Assembly: GCA_038897035.1 (NCBI GenBank)
Contig: JAWAXF010000005.1
Coordinates: 4,648-68,647 of the forward strand
Source of the DNA: Candidatus Bathyarchaeia archaeon
GTDB taxonomy: Archaea; Thermoproteota; Bathyarchaeia; Bathyarchaeales; DTEX01
DNA: 64,000 nt
Reading direction: 5' to 3'
This document shows positions 12,106 through 21,334 of this stretch, in pieces (position 1 is the stretch's first letter; every line of letters starts with the position of its first letter). A program made the translations under genes and the position numbers. Under the pieces are notes generated by a model. It made no database searches. It had not been told where the DNA came from and saw nothing but the letters and a program-made list of their open reading frames with translations.

Positions 12106-13137
12106 CTACCTTTCTTCAAGAATATTCTCGATTATCGCGTTTCCCATATCCTTTGTTGTAGCATCTCCGCCTAGATCATACGTTCTAACTTTCTTCTCAC
12201 TTAAAACCTTCTCAATTGCCCTCTCTATGCGTTTGGCCGCCTCGTATTCCCTAAGCCAATCAAGCATCATTTTTGCTGCTAAAATTGTCGCTATTGGATT
12301 AGCTCTATTCTTACCAGCATGTTTAGGCGCTGAACCATGAACTGGCTCAAACATGCCATAATTGTCGCCTATATTGGCTCCGGCCGCGAGTCCCAGACCG
12401 CCAGTTACTTGGGCAGCCTCGTCAGATAATATATCACCATACAGATTCGTTGTCACTATAACATCAAAACGCTCCGGCTCCTTAATCAGTCTCATCGCCA
12501 TAGCATCGACGCGATCTTCATCAACATGGACCGACGGAAACTCTTTGGAGACTGCGAAGACAGCATCCCTAAAGATACCGTCAGTTATGCGTAAAATATT
12601 CCTCTTGTGAACGCAGGTTAAGTAATTTCTCCGTCTCTCAGCTAGCTTAAATGCCACTCTGGCAACCCTCTCAGAAGCTTCTCTGGTTATGACCCTAAGG
12701 GCTATACCCCTACCAGGGGCAACTTCATACTCCCTGCCAAAATATAAGCATTCAGTATTTTCTCTAACTATGACCAGGTCTATATTCGGTTTAAGAGACC
12801 ATATGCCTGGCAGGGATCTGCACGGTCTAATATTAGCGTAGAGATTGAACATCTTTCTAATCGTTACTGCAACGCTTGGGGGAGCTCCCGGCTTCTCTGG
12901 GGTCGTCATTGGCCCTTTGAGACAAGCATTGGTCTCTTTAAGGATCCCTATTGTCTTTTGTGGTAGGTTAGTTCCATACTTTTCCATACAATTATACCCG
13001 GCCTCACCATAGATAAATTCTAGACTTAAGCCCTTCACAACTTTCTGAAGAGCTCTTAGGACGTCAACAGCCACCTCTATAACCTCCGGACCTATGCCAT
13101 CGCCGGGAAGAACGGCTATTCTGTAAATTCTCTGCAT
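12106..13137 (-). CDS. 3-isopropylmalate / homoisocitrate dehydrogenase family
   Basis: 'IAVLPGDGIGPEV' N-terminus and the 'NLYGDILSDEAA' motif of beta-decarboxylating dehydrogenases. Confidence 0.85.
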   Translation of the reverse strand: MQRIYRIAVLPGDGIGPEVIEVAVDVLRALQKVVKGLSLEFIYGEAGYNCMEKYGTNLPQKTIGILKETNACLKGPMTTPEKPGAPPSVAVTIRKMFNLYANIRPCRSLPGIWSLKPNIDLVIVRENTECLYFGREYEVAPGRGIALRVITREASERVARVAFKLAERRRNYLTCVHKRNILRITDGIFRDAVFAVSKEFPSVHVDEDRVDAMAMRLIKEPERFDVIVTTNLYGDILSDEAAQVTGGLGLAAGANIGDNYGMFEPVHGSAPKHAGKNRANPIATILAAKMMLDWLREYEAAKRIERAIEKVLSEKKVRTYDLGGDATTKDMGNAIIENILEER

Positions 13138-13230
13138 AGTTCCTCTCCCTTAGCACTTAAAGTATCATTAAAAACATTATGAAAAGTATTTATCATTTGT
13201 CAATAAACTCAAAAGAGTGCGAGACCCAGA

Positions 13231-14463
13231 CTATAATAGCCCGACCTCTCGAAGTATTTCTCTAAACTCTTCCTCCCTTAACGAAGCTTTTCTTCCATTC
13301 TCATAAAGCTTTTTAACTTCTTCAACAACTTTCATAAGAGCCCAATCGTCTGGCTCCTTACCAGTTATTTCAATAATTTTATGCCTAATTATGGCTTTTC
13401 CAGAATGCTTGCCTATCGTTAATCTACGTACGTTACCAACAAGCTCGGGTGGGTATGGCTCATATGTTTTTGGGTCATTTAGTACGCCATGTGTATGAAT
13501 CCCTGACTCATGGGCAAAAGCATAGGCACCAACAATTGCCTTATTTGGCGGAATAACGTAGCTTGTGGCTTTACTTATCAGCTGCGCTAGGGCGGTTAAT
13601 TTCTGTATTTTCCCCTCAAATTTCTTGACGCCATAGTGCATGTAAAGGTTCATTATGACCTTCTCTGTTTCAGCATTTCCAGCTCTCTCACCTATGCCGA
13701 GAAAAGTTGTGCTCAGATATACCCTATTCCAGACACCATCCGCAGCCCTGACAGCCGCTATAGTGTTCTCTACAGCATTCCCAAAGTCGTCATGTGCGTG
13801 AATCTCGACATCTCTGATCTTAGTTTCATATTTTATAGCCCTGATTTTTCTAGGTATTCCGTTAGGTAGTTGTGCGTTAGGATCTGAAAGCCCTACGCCG
13901 ACAGTGTCACATATCCTATAGCACTCTGCTCCCGCCTCAGCGACAGCATTGATAAACCTCTTTTCAAATTCCCAGTCAGCCCTTGTGCTGTCTTCGCCAT
14001 GGACAAAAACTCTTAAACCATGGTCCTTGGCAGCATATTCAACTACCTCAACAACTCTATTTAGGAGCTCTTCTGGGCTCTTGTTAGGCCACTTAGCCCT
14101 AAAATGTATATATGAAACTGGGTGAGATATGCCGACCTCCTCAAAGCCGCAGTCTATCGCATCATCAATGTCCTCCTTAACGGCTCTACACCACCCAGCC
14201 AATCTGACTTCTAAACCCATTTTCTGGATCAGCTTAACGGCTTCTTTATCTGGTTTCTGATAGTGATGAAGTTCTATCCGCTCAACGCCAACCTCAGCTA
14301 ATAGACGAGCTATCTCCGCAGCGTCCTCTGGCATGATTGCTAAACCGGGCATTTGAACGCCATCTCTGAGGGTTGTGTCGTCAATTATTGGATCAACCTT
14401 TAGAGATAGCTTAAAATAGAGATCCTCAAAGGCCATTTTATTAATTAGATTTAAATCAGTCAT
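13231..14463 (-). CDS. 2-isopropylmalate / homocitrate / citramalate synthase family
   Basis: 'DTTLRDGVQ' and '[15 protein letters not shown]' (HxH..D) motifs of the DRE-TIM aldolase family. The ATG at 14463 is the likely start. Confidence 0.8.
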   Translation of the reverse strand: MTDLNLINKMAFEDLYFKLSLKVDPIIDDTTLRDGVQMPGLAIMPEDAAEIARLLAEVGVERIELHHYQKPDKEAVKLIQKMGLEVRLAGWCRAVKEDIDDAIDCGFEEVGISHPVSYIHFRAKWPNKSPEELLNRVVEVVEYAAKDHGLRVFVHGEDSTRADWEFEKRFINAVAEAGAECYRICDTVGVGLSDPNAQLPNGIPRKIRAIKYETKIRDVEIHAHDDFGNAVENTIAAVRAADGVWNRVYLSTTFLGIGERAGNAETEKVIMNLYMHYGVKKFEGKIQKLTALAQLISKATSYVIPPNKAIVGAYAFAHESGIHTHGVLNDPKTYEPYPPELVGNVRRLTIGKHSGKAIIRHKIIEITGKEPDDWALMKVVEEVKKLYENGRKASLREEEFREILREVGLL

Positions 14464-14835
14464 GACACCACCCAACATACTTACTATTCAAGAGTAGACT
14501 TAAGCGAATGAACATCAATTTAAGACGCCCCTTCGCTCCGATTATCCTAATGGCCCCTTCAATCATTACAATACTTTAAAGTTTCCATCATCACATATAT
14601 AAAAATTTCGCTTAATACTGAAAAATTTTAAAATAAATGCTTTAATTTATGAATAAATGTTTAATGAAGATATACACGCATCACAGCATGACGATTTCGG
14701 CAAGCCATATCTTTTTAGCTATTATCAAGAGACTCATAGCAGTTATGATAGATCTCCATAAGTCCAATTACAGTTAAAATTTTTAGTCGGTTGCTGTTAA
14801 CGGCCAGGCTTAAATCACATACCTACAATTTTTGG

Positions 14836-14952
14836 TGGCGCCGGGGGTGGGATTTGAACCCACGCGGCCCACAATGGGCCACAGGCTCCCTTAGTCTCTG
14901 CTTTGTACTTTAGCTCTCAAGGCCTGCGCCTTATCCGCTCGGCCACCCCGGC
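14836..14952 (-). tRNA. tRNA-Ser(UGA), class II, with a 28-nt intron at 37/38 (14888-14915) and encoded CCA
   Basis: Hand-folded. Acceptor GCCGGGG/CCCCGGC, discriminator G. Anticodon stem CAGGC/GCCUG, loop CU-UGA-G|intron|A. 6-bp variable arm GGCCCA/UGGGCC, T-arm GUGGG-UUCAAAU-CCCAC. BHB central helix CUUG/UAAG with 3-nt bulges. Confidence 0.8.
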
Positions 14953-15011
14953 CCCATATAATTAATATTCCCCATTTATTAGAAAATATTTTTGTCGCGG
15001 TTCTCTATTTT

Positions 15012-15833
15012 TTGTTTGGTGGCTTCGGATTGAAGTGCCAGTACTGCGGCTTTGACACAGGTCTACCCTTCAGGTGCCCTTTTTGCGGCGGAATCTTTTA
15101 TGTTGAACATAGGCTGCCGGAAACCCACATGTGCCCAAGCTTTAGGAAGGATTTAAGAGTTTTTCGTGGTCTGGGGGAAACCACCGGCCCCTCTCTCACT
15201 CGGAGGGTTACGCCGTGGCTTTTTAGCGGCTTTGGGAGGCGTATTTTCAATGTGGCTAGATCCCCCGAGATTTTTCATGTATGTTTGGCGGCTGTCATTG
15301 TTGCTTTGGTCGGCTTATCTACGGCGGTAGCCACTCTCGGGTTTCTGAATCCATTTTTGATCTCGCTGCTGGTGTTGATCTTCGTCATCTCATTTACGCT
15401 ACATGAGATTGGGCATAAGTTTACGGCTAAACATTATGGTCTATGGGCTGAGTTTAGGCTATCTTTTCTCGGTGTGCTGGTGACCTTAATCTCAATTTTC
15501 ACCCCCCTCATAAAAGTAGTTTCTCCGGGGAGCGTGGTGATATATGGCTGGGCTGACAGAAGGATTATGGGCAGAATCTCATTATCCGGACCATTGATAA
15601 ACATTGTGCTCTCATTGATCTTCTTAACACTGACCCTATTTAATTTTGGTGGCATTCTGCTGGGAATTGCCTATATATGGGGGTTTGCAATTAACGCCTA
15701 TATAGCCCTCTTTAACCTGATACCGCTCAGCATCCTAGATGGTGCCAAAATCTTTCAATGGAATAGACATGTATGGGCTATAATGTTCACTATAGCACTA
15801 ATTTTTATTGCCGCTTATGTCCTCCTATACTAA
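15012..15833 (+). CDS. Membrane site-2-protease-like zinc metalloprotease (M50 family) with N-terminal AN1-like zinc finger
   Basis: N-terminus 'CQYCGFDTGLPFRCPFCGGIFYVEHRLPETHMC' fits the AN1 pattern CX2CX9CX2CX4(Y)X2HX5HXC. A 'HEIGH' zinc motif sits in the first of several hydrophobic segments. C-terminal 'NLIPLSILDG' resembles the M50 LDG motif. Confidence 0.7.
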   Translation: MFGGFGLKCQYCGFDTGLPFRCPFCGGIFYVEHRLPETHMCPSFRKDLRVFRGLGETTGPSLTRRVTPWLFSGFGRRIFNVARSPEIFHVCLAAVIVALVGLSTAVATLGFLNPFLISLLVLIFVISFTLHEIGHKFTAKHYGLWAEFRLSFLGVLVTLISIFTPLIKVVSPGSVVIYGWADRRIMGRISLSGPLINIVLSLIFLTLTLFNFGGILLGIAYIWGFAINAYIALFNLIPLSILDGAKIFQWNRHVWAIMFTIALIFIAAYVLLY

Positions 15834-16133
15834 CTGTATAGTTATGTAGACTTCGTCAGGAACCTTTATACGCATTATTCTGCGCATAACGCGGTCATCG
15901 GCATCTATGTCTATGAGCCGCCTATGTATCCGCATCTCCCATTTATCCCAGGTTTTTGTCCCCTCCCCGCAGGGCGTTCTGAGCACGGGCACCCTAAGTT
16001 TCTTTGTTGGCAAGGGGATTGGCCCAGAAACTCTCACCCCAGTCTTCTCGGCTATAGCCTTAAGCTCACTACATATCTCCTCAAGCTTCCTATAATCCGT
16101 GCTCGTCAACTTTATTCTAGCCCTCTTGACCAA
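15825..16133 (-). CDS. rps10: 30S ribosomal protein S10
   Basis: 'RARIKLTSTDYRKLEEIC..SGPIPLPTKKLRVPVLRTP.GEGTKTWDKWEMRIHRRLIDI' is typical S10. Confidence 0.9.
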   Translation of the reverse strand: MVKRARIKLTSTDYRKLEEICSELKAIAEKTGVRVSGPIPLPTKKLRVPVLRTPCGEGTKTWDKWEMRIHRRLIDIDADDRVMRRIMRIKVPDEVYITIQLV

Positions 16134-16197
16134 TCGCCAAGATCACCCTCTTTCCTACTCTCAGGGGAACGCTACTTTAAATCCTTTTCTCCAGCCG

Positions 16198-16383
16198 CTA
16201 GACTAGCCGCTCCCTTTGGAGGGTCTTTGTTTGCCAAGAGTATCTTCTTATTCTTGGGTCGGGGTAACCGCATGCAGCGCACCTCTTCTTTCTAACATGG
16301 TATGCTCTACGGCCGCATCTTCTGCACCTTATGTGAACTGTCTTTCCCATCCTCTTTCCGAAGGACGGTGTACCCTTTGTCAT
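16198..16383 (-). CDS. rpl37e: 50S ribosomal protein L37e
   Basis: '[36 protein letters not shown]' zinc-ribbon, L37e signature. Confidence 0.9.
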   Translation of the reverse strand: MTKGTPSFGKRMGKTVHIRCRRCGRRAYHVRKKRCAACGYPDPRIRRYSWQTKTLQRERLV

Positions 16384-16389
16384 CTATAA

Positions 16390-16608
16390 TCACCTTGGGG
16401 GAGGTGATATCATGATAACATTATCGCCCCTAACTATTATTAGGCCCAGCTCCTTAACGTTCTCCGCGTCGGTGACGTCCTCAGCCTTCTCTAGAACCAG
16501 GTTTAGGTGCTGGTCGAAGCCTTGGAGTCTTCCCCTTATGCTCCTTCCGCCCCTAAGCTTTATTAACACTATCTTCCCAAGACTCTCTTCAAGCATTTGC
16601 ATAGCCAT
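16390..16608 (-). CDS. Sm-like (LSm/SmAP) RNA-binding protein
   Basis: 72 aa. Sm1/Sm2 motifs 'VLIKLRGGRSIRGRLQGFDQHLNLVL' and 'GLIIVRGDNVIMI'. Confidence 0.85.
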   Translation of the reverse strand: MAMQMLEESLGKIVLIKLRGGRSIRGRLQGFDQHLNLVLEKAEDVTDAENVKELGLIIVRGDNVIMISPPPR

Positions 16609-16683
16609 GTTCTATCCTTCCTTCTCGCCAACAACAATTCATGATGGGATGCAAATTTATATGCCTTATGCTAACTTTATGTT

Positions 16684-17190
16684 GTGTGCATCAAGCGAAG
16701 ATACTCGCTTAAGTCTAGTGAGAAAAAAGCCCTATCTAGGAGGATCTTTGATGAATTCGGTATTTATATTGAGGATATTGTTGGGGATGAGATGAATATT
16801 GAGGTTGCCGAACTGCACGAAAAGAAAACCCTCATGATAATTAATGGTAGATCCCTCTTCACAGAGTCTGAGGGGGTTTTGATCCCAACATTGTTATTCG
16901 AGGAGCTAGTTGGGCGGCTCCCGAAGGCCTTTGTCGATATGGGAGCTGTCCCGCATATATGTAATGGGGCTGACGTCATGGCGCCGGGCATAGTTAGAAT
17001 TGAGGGAGAATTCAAGGAAGGGGACTTTGTTGCGGTGCTGGATGAGAAACACGGCAAGGCAATAGCCATCACCAGGGCCCTAACAAGCTCCGAGGTTATA
17101 AAGGGCCTTAAGAGGGGCAAGGTTCTTAAAAACATACATTATATTGGAGATTCAATATGGAAGATAATTAGCAAAAAGGTTAAGATTTAA
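16684..17190 (+). CDS. PUA-domain RNA-binding protein (MCT-1/Tma20-like)
   Basis: 'VDMGAVPHICNGADVMAPGI', 'GDFVAVLDEKHGKAIAI' and 'GKVLKNIHYIGDSIW' are typical of archaeal PUA proteins. GTG start. Confidence 0.7.
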   Translation: MCIKRRYSLKSSEKKALSRRIFDEFGIYIEDIVGDEMNIEVAELHEKKTLMIINGRSLFTESEGVLIPTLLFEELVGRLPKAFVDMGAVPHICNGADVMAPGIVRIEGEFKEGDFVAVLDEKHGKAIAITRALTSSEVIKGLKRGKVLKNIHYIGDSIWKIISKKVKI

Positions 17191-17205
17191 TTTAATTAAT
17201 CTATT

Positions 17206-17589
17206 TTGTTAGTGCTTGGGGATGAAGAGAAATTGGTTGACTTATGTTTACTTAAGAGTCTTTGGGGCTCCATTATAGCGAGAAGGAGGAGAAAAGCTGA
17301 AAAGGGCGCGGTCCATACTCCGTTCGCTACTGGCAAGATATATTTAAAGGCGCTGGCTCTACACTCCCCGGAGGATGTAGAGAGGATTAAAGATGAGATC
17401 AGATCTGGGAATATAGTAATAATTAGGATTGGACCTTTAGTGGAGAAGAGTGCGGAGGATGCTAAGCGGGTGGTCAATGAATTAAGCGAGTTTGTGGCAT
17501 CGGTGGGAGGCGATATTGCACGTTTGGGCGAGGAGCGGATCATATTAACCCCGCCGAATATTCAAATATGGAGGGAAAAAAGTTCTTAG
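17206..17589 (+). CDS. sepF: Cell division protein SepF homolog
   Basis: 'SPEDVERIKDEIRSGNIVIIRIGPL..DAKRVVNELSEFVASVGGDIARLGEERIILTPPNIQI' matches the archaeal SepF (DUF552) core. The start codon is uncertain (TTG or GTG). Confidence 0.65.
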   Translation: MLVLGDEEKLVDLCLLKSLWGSIIARRRRKAEKGAVHTPFATGKIYLKALALHSPEDVERIKDEIRSGNIVIIRIGPLVEKSAEDAKRVVNELSEFVASVGGDIARLGEERIILTPPNIQIWREKSS

Positions 17590-17625
17590 ATGGTCTCTGA
17601 AAAGCGCACCTTTTAGGATTACTGA

Positions 17626-19542
17626 TTAACGAAGCTTTATTGTCTCTAGTATGTCAGGCGCTGCAGCGTTAATTCCATATTTCCTTTGTAAGAAGCCCGC
17701 TAATGTTATGCATTTGTTTCTCTCGCCATGGCATATAATTATGCTCTCCGCCTTCGGCGCCACTCTGCGCAGATAGCCTATTATTTGCCTCCTATCTGAG
17801 TGACCTGAAAATCCCTCAACAGTATAGACTTTTAAGCCAATTTTTATAATCTTAATCTTACCATCCTCGTTTACGATCGAGACTTCCTGCGGGCTTTTTT
17901 GTATTCTTCGGCCCAAAGTCCCCTCGATCTGATAGCTGACGAAGATAAGCGAGTTCCGTTCATCATGTGCAAGGTTCTGGAAGTAATCTATTACTGGACC
18001 CCCCTCAAGCATCCCAGAGGTCGCTAATATTATGCATGGGCCCCCCTCTACCACCTCGCTCCGCGCGCTTGGATGCTCAACTATCGTAAAATACTCGGAC
18101 TCAAATGGATTAATTCCCTCATTAATTATCTTGTTGCGTACCTCTCTGGAAAGATACTCTGAGTAGGCCATGTGTATGGCTGTGGACTCCGAGATCATGC
18201 CCTCGATGAAGACCGGTGCCTCCTTAAGTTCCCCACGTCTCATATACTCATCTATCACTAGCATTATCTCCTGAGCTCTGCCGACCGCCGGGACGGGAAT
18301 TATAATCTTCCCGCCCCTCTCCAATGTTTCATTAAGTATTGAAACGAGCTTCTTCTCAGCCTCTGTTCTGGAAGGCATTATATCTGTAGGAGACGCATAT
18401 GTGCTCTCAACTATGACCGTTTCAACCCTAGGAAACTCCGTGTCTGAGCTCTCGAGGAGCATTGTCTTTCCATACTTGAAGTCCCCCGTATAAACTATAT
18501 TGTGATAACCCTCACCGATATGGAGATGTATTATTGATGAGCCAAGTATATGCCCGGCGTTGTGCAGCGTCAGCTTTATGTCAGGCGCTATATCCGTGAC
18601 GACGCCGTAGCGGAGCGGAATTGTGTGGAGAACCGCTTCTCGAACATCCTTCTGGTCGTAGGGCAATGGGAGACCCTGCTTAGATAGTACGTCCAAGTAA
18701 TCTAACTGTAGTAGAGTCATGAGACTAACGCTTGGGGCTGAACAGTAGACCGGCCCATCATAGCCGTACTTAAATAGGTATGGTAGGAAGCCACAGTGGT
18801 CTAGGTGGGCGTGGCTTATCACAACAGCGTCTAGAGACTCTACATCGAATTGCGGCACATCAAGCCTCGGGAAGCTCTCGAAGGGTTTTGTTGAGCCGGG
18901 GTTTATTCCACAGTCTAATAGGATCTGACTTTCTCTCGTCTGCACGAGTATGGCTGAGCGCCCAACCTCCCTCGCGGCGCCGAGCATAGTTATCCTCACA
19001 TCGCCAACCTCATATAACAGCGGCCTAAATATCCTCTCGCCAACATCTCTTAGAATCCTCTCCCTCTCTTTGCTGGTGGTATATAATAGGTGCTGTATAT
19101 GCGTCATTATCTTTGACTGCTTAGGTGAACTTCTTATCACTCTTGGCCTCCACTTCGTTTTGACGATTATCTCCTGGAGAGTTGCCCCCCTCTTCCCTAT
19201 GACGAGTCCAGGCTTTTTCGCCTCAATTATCACCTCGCCAAGCGATGGATCAAACGCTATGCCTGTTATCTCTGCCTCCTCTGGGACTACCTCATAAATT
19301 ATCTTCTCAGCCTCTTTCTCTGGGAGCCTTACTGATGGATCTGAACGGGGGGCAATCCTCTTCTTGATCATGGCCACAATCTTTGTGATTATATGCTCTT
19401 GCTCTATCAGAATCTCAGGTCTCTTCGCATAGATGGCTAGCGCTGGCCCCTCAAACTCTATACGCGTTATCTCCGCCTCCTTTGGTATTTGCTCCAGTAT
19501 TATCTGTCTGATTTCTGCTTTGCTCTTCTCAAGCGACGGCAA
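17626..19542 (-). CDS. aCPSF1/FttA: KH + metallo-beta-lactamase + beta-CASP RNA endonuclease (transcription termination factor)
   Basis: 638 aa. N-terminal KH-like repeats ('GLVIGKRGATLQEI'), MBL motif 'ISHAHLDHCG' and beta-CASP C-terminal motifs ('GFSGHSD', 'IICHGE'). Confidence 0.85.
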   Translation of the reverse strand: MPSLEKSKAEIRQIILEQIPKEAEITRIEFEGPALAIYAKRPEILIEQEHIITKIVAMIKKRIAPRSDPSVRLPEKEAEKIIYEVVPEEAEITGIAFDPSLGEVIIEAKKPGLVIGKRGATLQEIIVKTKWRPRVIRSSPKQSKIMTHIQHLLYTTSKERERILRDVGERIFRPLLYEVGDVRITMLGAAREVGRSAILVQTRESQILLDCGINPGSTKPFESFPRLDVPQFDVESLDAVVISHAHLDHCGFLPYLFKYGYDGPVYCSAPSVSLMTLLQLDYLDVLSKQGLPLPYDQKDVREAVLHTIPLRYGVVTDIAPDIKLTLHNAGHILGSSIIHLHIGEGYHNIVYTGDFKYGKTMLLESSDTEFPRVETVIVESTYASPTDIMPSRTEAEKKLVSILNETLERGGKIIIPVPAVGRAQEIMLVIDEYMRRGELKEAPVFIEGMISESTAIHMAYSEYLSREVRNKIINEGINPFESEYFTIVEHPSARSEVVEGGPCIILATSGMLEGGPVIDYFQNLAHDERNSLIFVSYQIEGTLGRRIQKSPQEVSIVNEDGKIKIIKIGLKVYTVEGFSGHSDRRQIIGYLRRVAPKAESIIICHGERNKCITLAGFLQRKYGINAAAPDILETIKLR

Positions 19543-19814
19543 GTGTTAAATCTCCTCCCTCAGTCAGCATGAAAGGTTTATCCCTCTGAATTAATAGAAG
19601 CTGTAAACCGCTAAAACGAACCGTTTTACTCATTATTTACATCGTCCCCTAATACTTAAGCATTTTTGTTAACCCTTCCTTTTCCTTCACTTAAATCTAC
19701 TCGGACCTAGCCCTAAACTAAAAAACCTTTTAATACTTCCTTAAGCATCGGGATAATATAGTCAGTTTCCAATTTTTAAGGGCTGAATAGGCGTTGAGTA
19801 AAATTATTCACAGG

Positions 19815-20858
19815 ATGCAGCTGCCCAGAGAAGTAGTTGTTGGTAGGGGGAGCATAGAGTTTATTGGCCCGATATGTAGGGGCCTAGGCTTTACTAAGAG
19901 GGTCTTGCTGATTACTGGTGAAGTAACATTTGAGGTGGCTGGCAGTGCAATTAAGGAGAGACTTGAGGGCGAGGGAATTAAGGTTGAGGAGCATATAATA
20001 ACATCAAATACGCCGACAATCCATGATGTTAAAGTCTGTGAGGAAAAGATAGTGAGGTTTAGACCCCAGGTTGTTTTGGGCGTTGGTGGGGGAGCAAAGA
20101 TAGACATTGCAAAGCTCAGCTCTGCGAATCGGAGGATCCCCTTCATAAGTGTTCCAACAACAGCCTCCCATGATGGCATATCAAGTCCCTTCGCCTCCCT
20201 CAAGGGGTTAGGGAAGCCATACTCCGTCATGGCTCAGTCTCCAATAGCCGTTATAGCGGATACAGAGATCATAAGTAGGGCGCCTTACCGGCTTATTGCA
20301 GGCGGATGCGGGGACATAATAGCGAAGTTCACTTCTGTAAGGGACTGGAGGCTTGCACATGAGAGGAAAGGCGAGTATTACGCGCAGTATACTGCAAGCA
20401 TGTCTCTGATGAGTGCGCAGCATTTAATCGAGAACTCGCACTTAATCAGGCCGAACTCCGAGGAGGGGCTGAGGGTTATCTTAGAGTCCCTCATAAGCTG
20501 CGGTATAGCCATGGCCATAGCCGGAAGTAGTAGGCCCTGCAGTGGCTCCGAGCACCTATTTAGCCACGCATTAGACCTAATAGCGCCTAAACCAGCCCTC
20601 CATGGGGAGCAATGCGGCATAGGAACCATAATGATGGCCTTCCTGCATGGACTTGATTGGGAGATGATAAGAGATAATTTGAAGAGAATTGGGGCTCCAA
20701 CAACTGCTGATGAGGTAGGTATAGAGCCAAGGTGTATAGTTGAGGCGCTCGTGATTGCGCCAAGAATTCGCCCGGAAAGATACACTATACTCCATGAGAA
20801 GCCGTTGAGTCATGAAGAGGCTCTTGCCCTAGCTAAGGAGACTGGGGTGATAGAATAG
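19815..20858 (+). CDS. egsA: NAD(P)-dependent glycerol-1-phosphate dehydrogenase
   Basis: Iron-ADH/DHQS-like fold: 'GVGGGAKIDIAK', 'PFISVPTTASHDGISSPFAS' and 'SGSEHLFSHALD' are typical of archaeal G1PDH. Confidence 0.8.
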   Translation: MQLPREVVVGRGSIEFIGPICRGLGFTKRVLLITGEVTFEVAGSAIKERLEGEGIKVEEHIITSNTPTIHDVKVCEEKIVRFRPQVVLGVGGGAKIDIAKLSSANRRIPFISVPTTASHDGISSPFASLKGLGKPYSVMAQSPIAVIADTEIISRAPYRLIAGGCGDIIAKFTSVRDWRLAHERKGEYYAQYTASMSLMSAQHLIENSHLIRPNSEEGLRVILESLISCGIAMAIAGSSRPCSGSEHLFSHALDLIAPKPALHGEQCGIGTIMMAFLHGLDWEMIRDNLKRIGAPTTADEVGIEPRCIVEALVIAPRIRPERYTILHEKPLSHEEALALAKETGVIE

Positions 20859-20860
20859 TA

Positions 20861-21334
20861 ATGCATGAAGATAATGTAAAGGAGGCTCGAAGGACAATAG
20901 TTACTATGCTGAGCGTGGGGCAGGCTAAGGTTGGCGAGAGTTTCATTTATAGGGGCTCCGGGCAAGGGTGTCGTGGGTGTAAGTACTTTAACGTTTGCGC
21001 TGGAAACTTGAGCGTGGGGCGGATATATAGGGTCGTTAATGTGCGGAAGAGGGTGTTTAAATGTGGGGCCCTTGATGTCGAGATGTGCGTTGTTGATGTT
21101 GTTGAAGCAGATGTGGAGGCGGCGGTACCGTCAAAACAGGCGATTGAAGGAGTAATATTAACTCTTCATCCACAGGAGTGCGACAATAATCTCTGTGAAA
21201 ATCATATATTATGCCTGCCAGATGGTTTGATGGAAAATGATAAGTGTGAGGTTATCAGAGTTTATGGGAGGCTCAGCTGCCCTAAGGGGCTCCAGTTGAC
21301 GAGGGCGCTTCTGAGGAGGGTTCCTTCCTCGTGA
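20861..21334 (+). CDS. UPF0179-family conserved archaeal protein
   Basis: 'TMLSVGQAKVGESFIYRG....CRGCKYFNVCAGNLSVGRIYRV' resembles the archaeal UPF0179 family. Function unknown. Confidence 0.55.
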   Translation: MHEDNVKEARRTIVTMLSVGQAKVGESFIYRGSGQGCRGCKYFNVCAGNLSVGRIYRVVNVRKRVFKCGALDVEMCVVDVVEADVEAAVPSKQAIEGVILTLHPQECDNNLCENHILCLPDGLMENDKCEVIRVYGRLSCPKGLQLTRALLRRVPSS

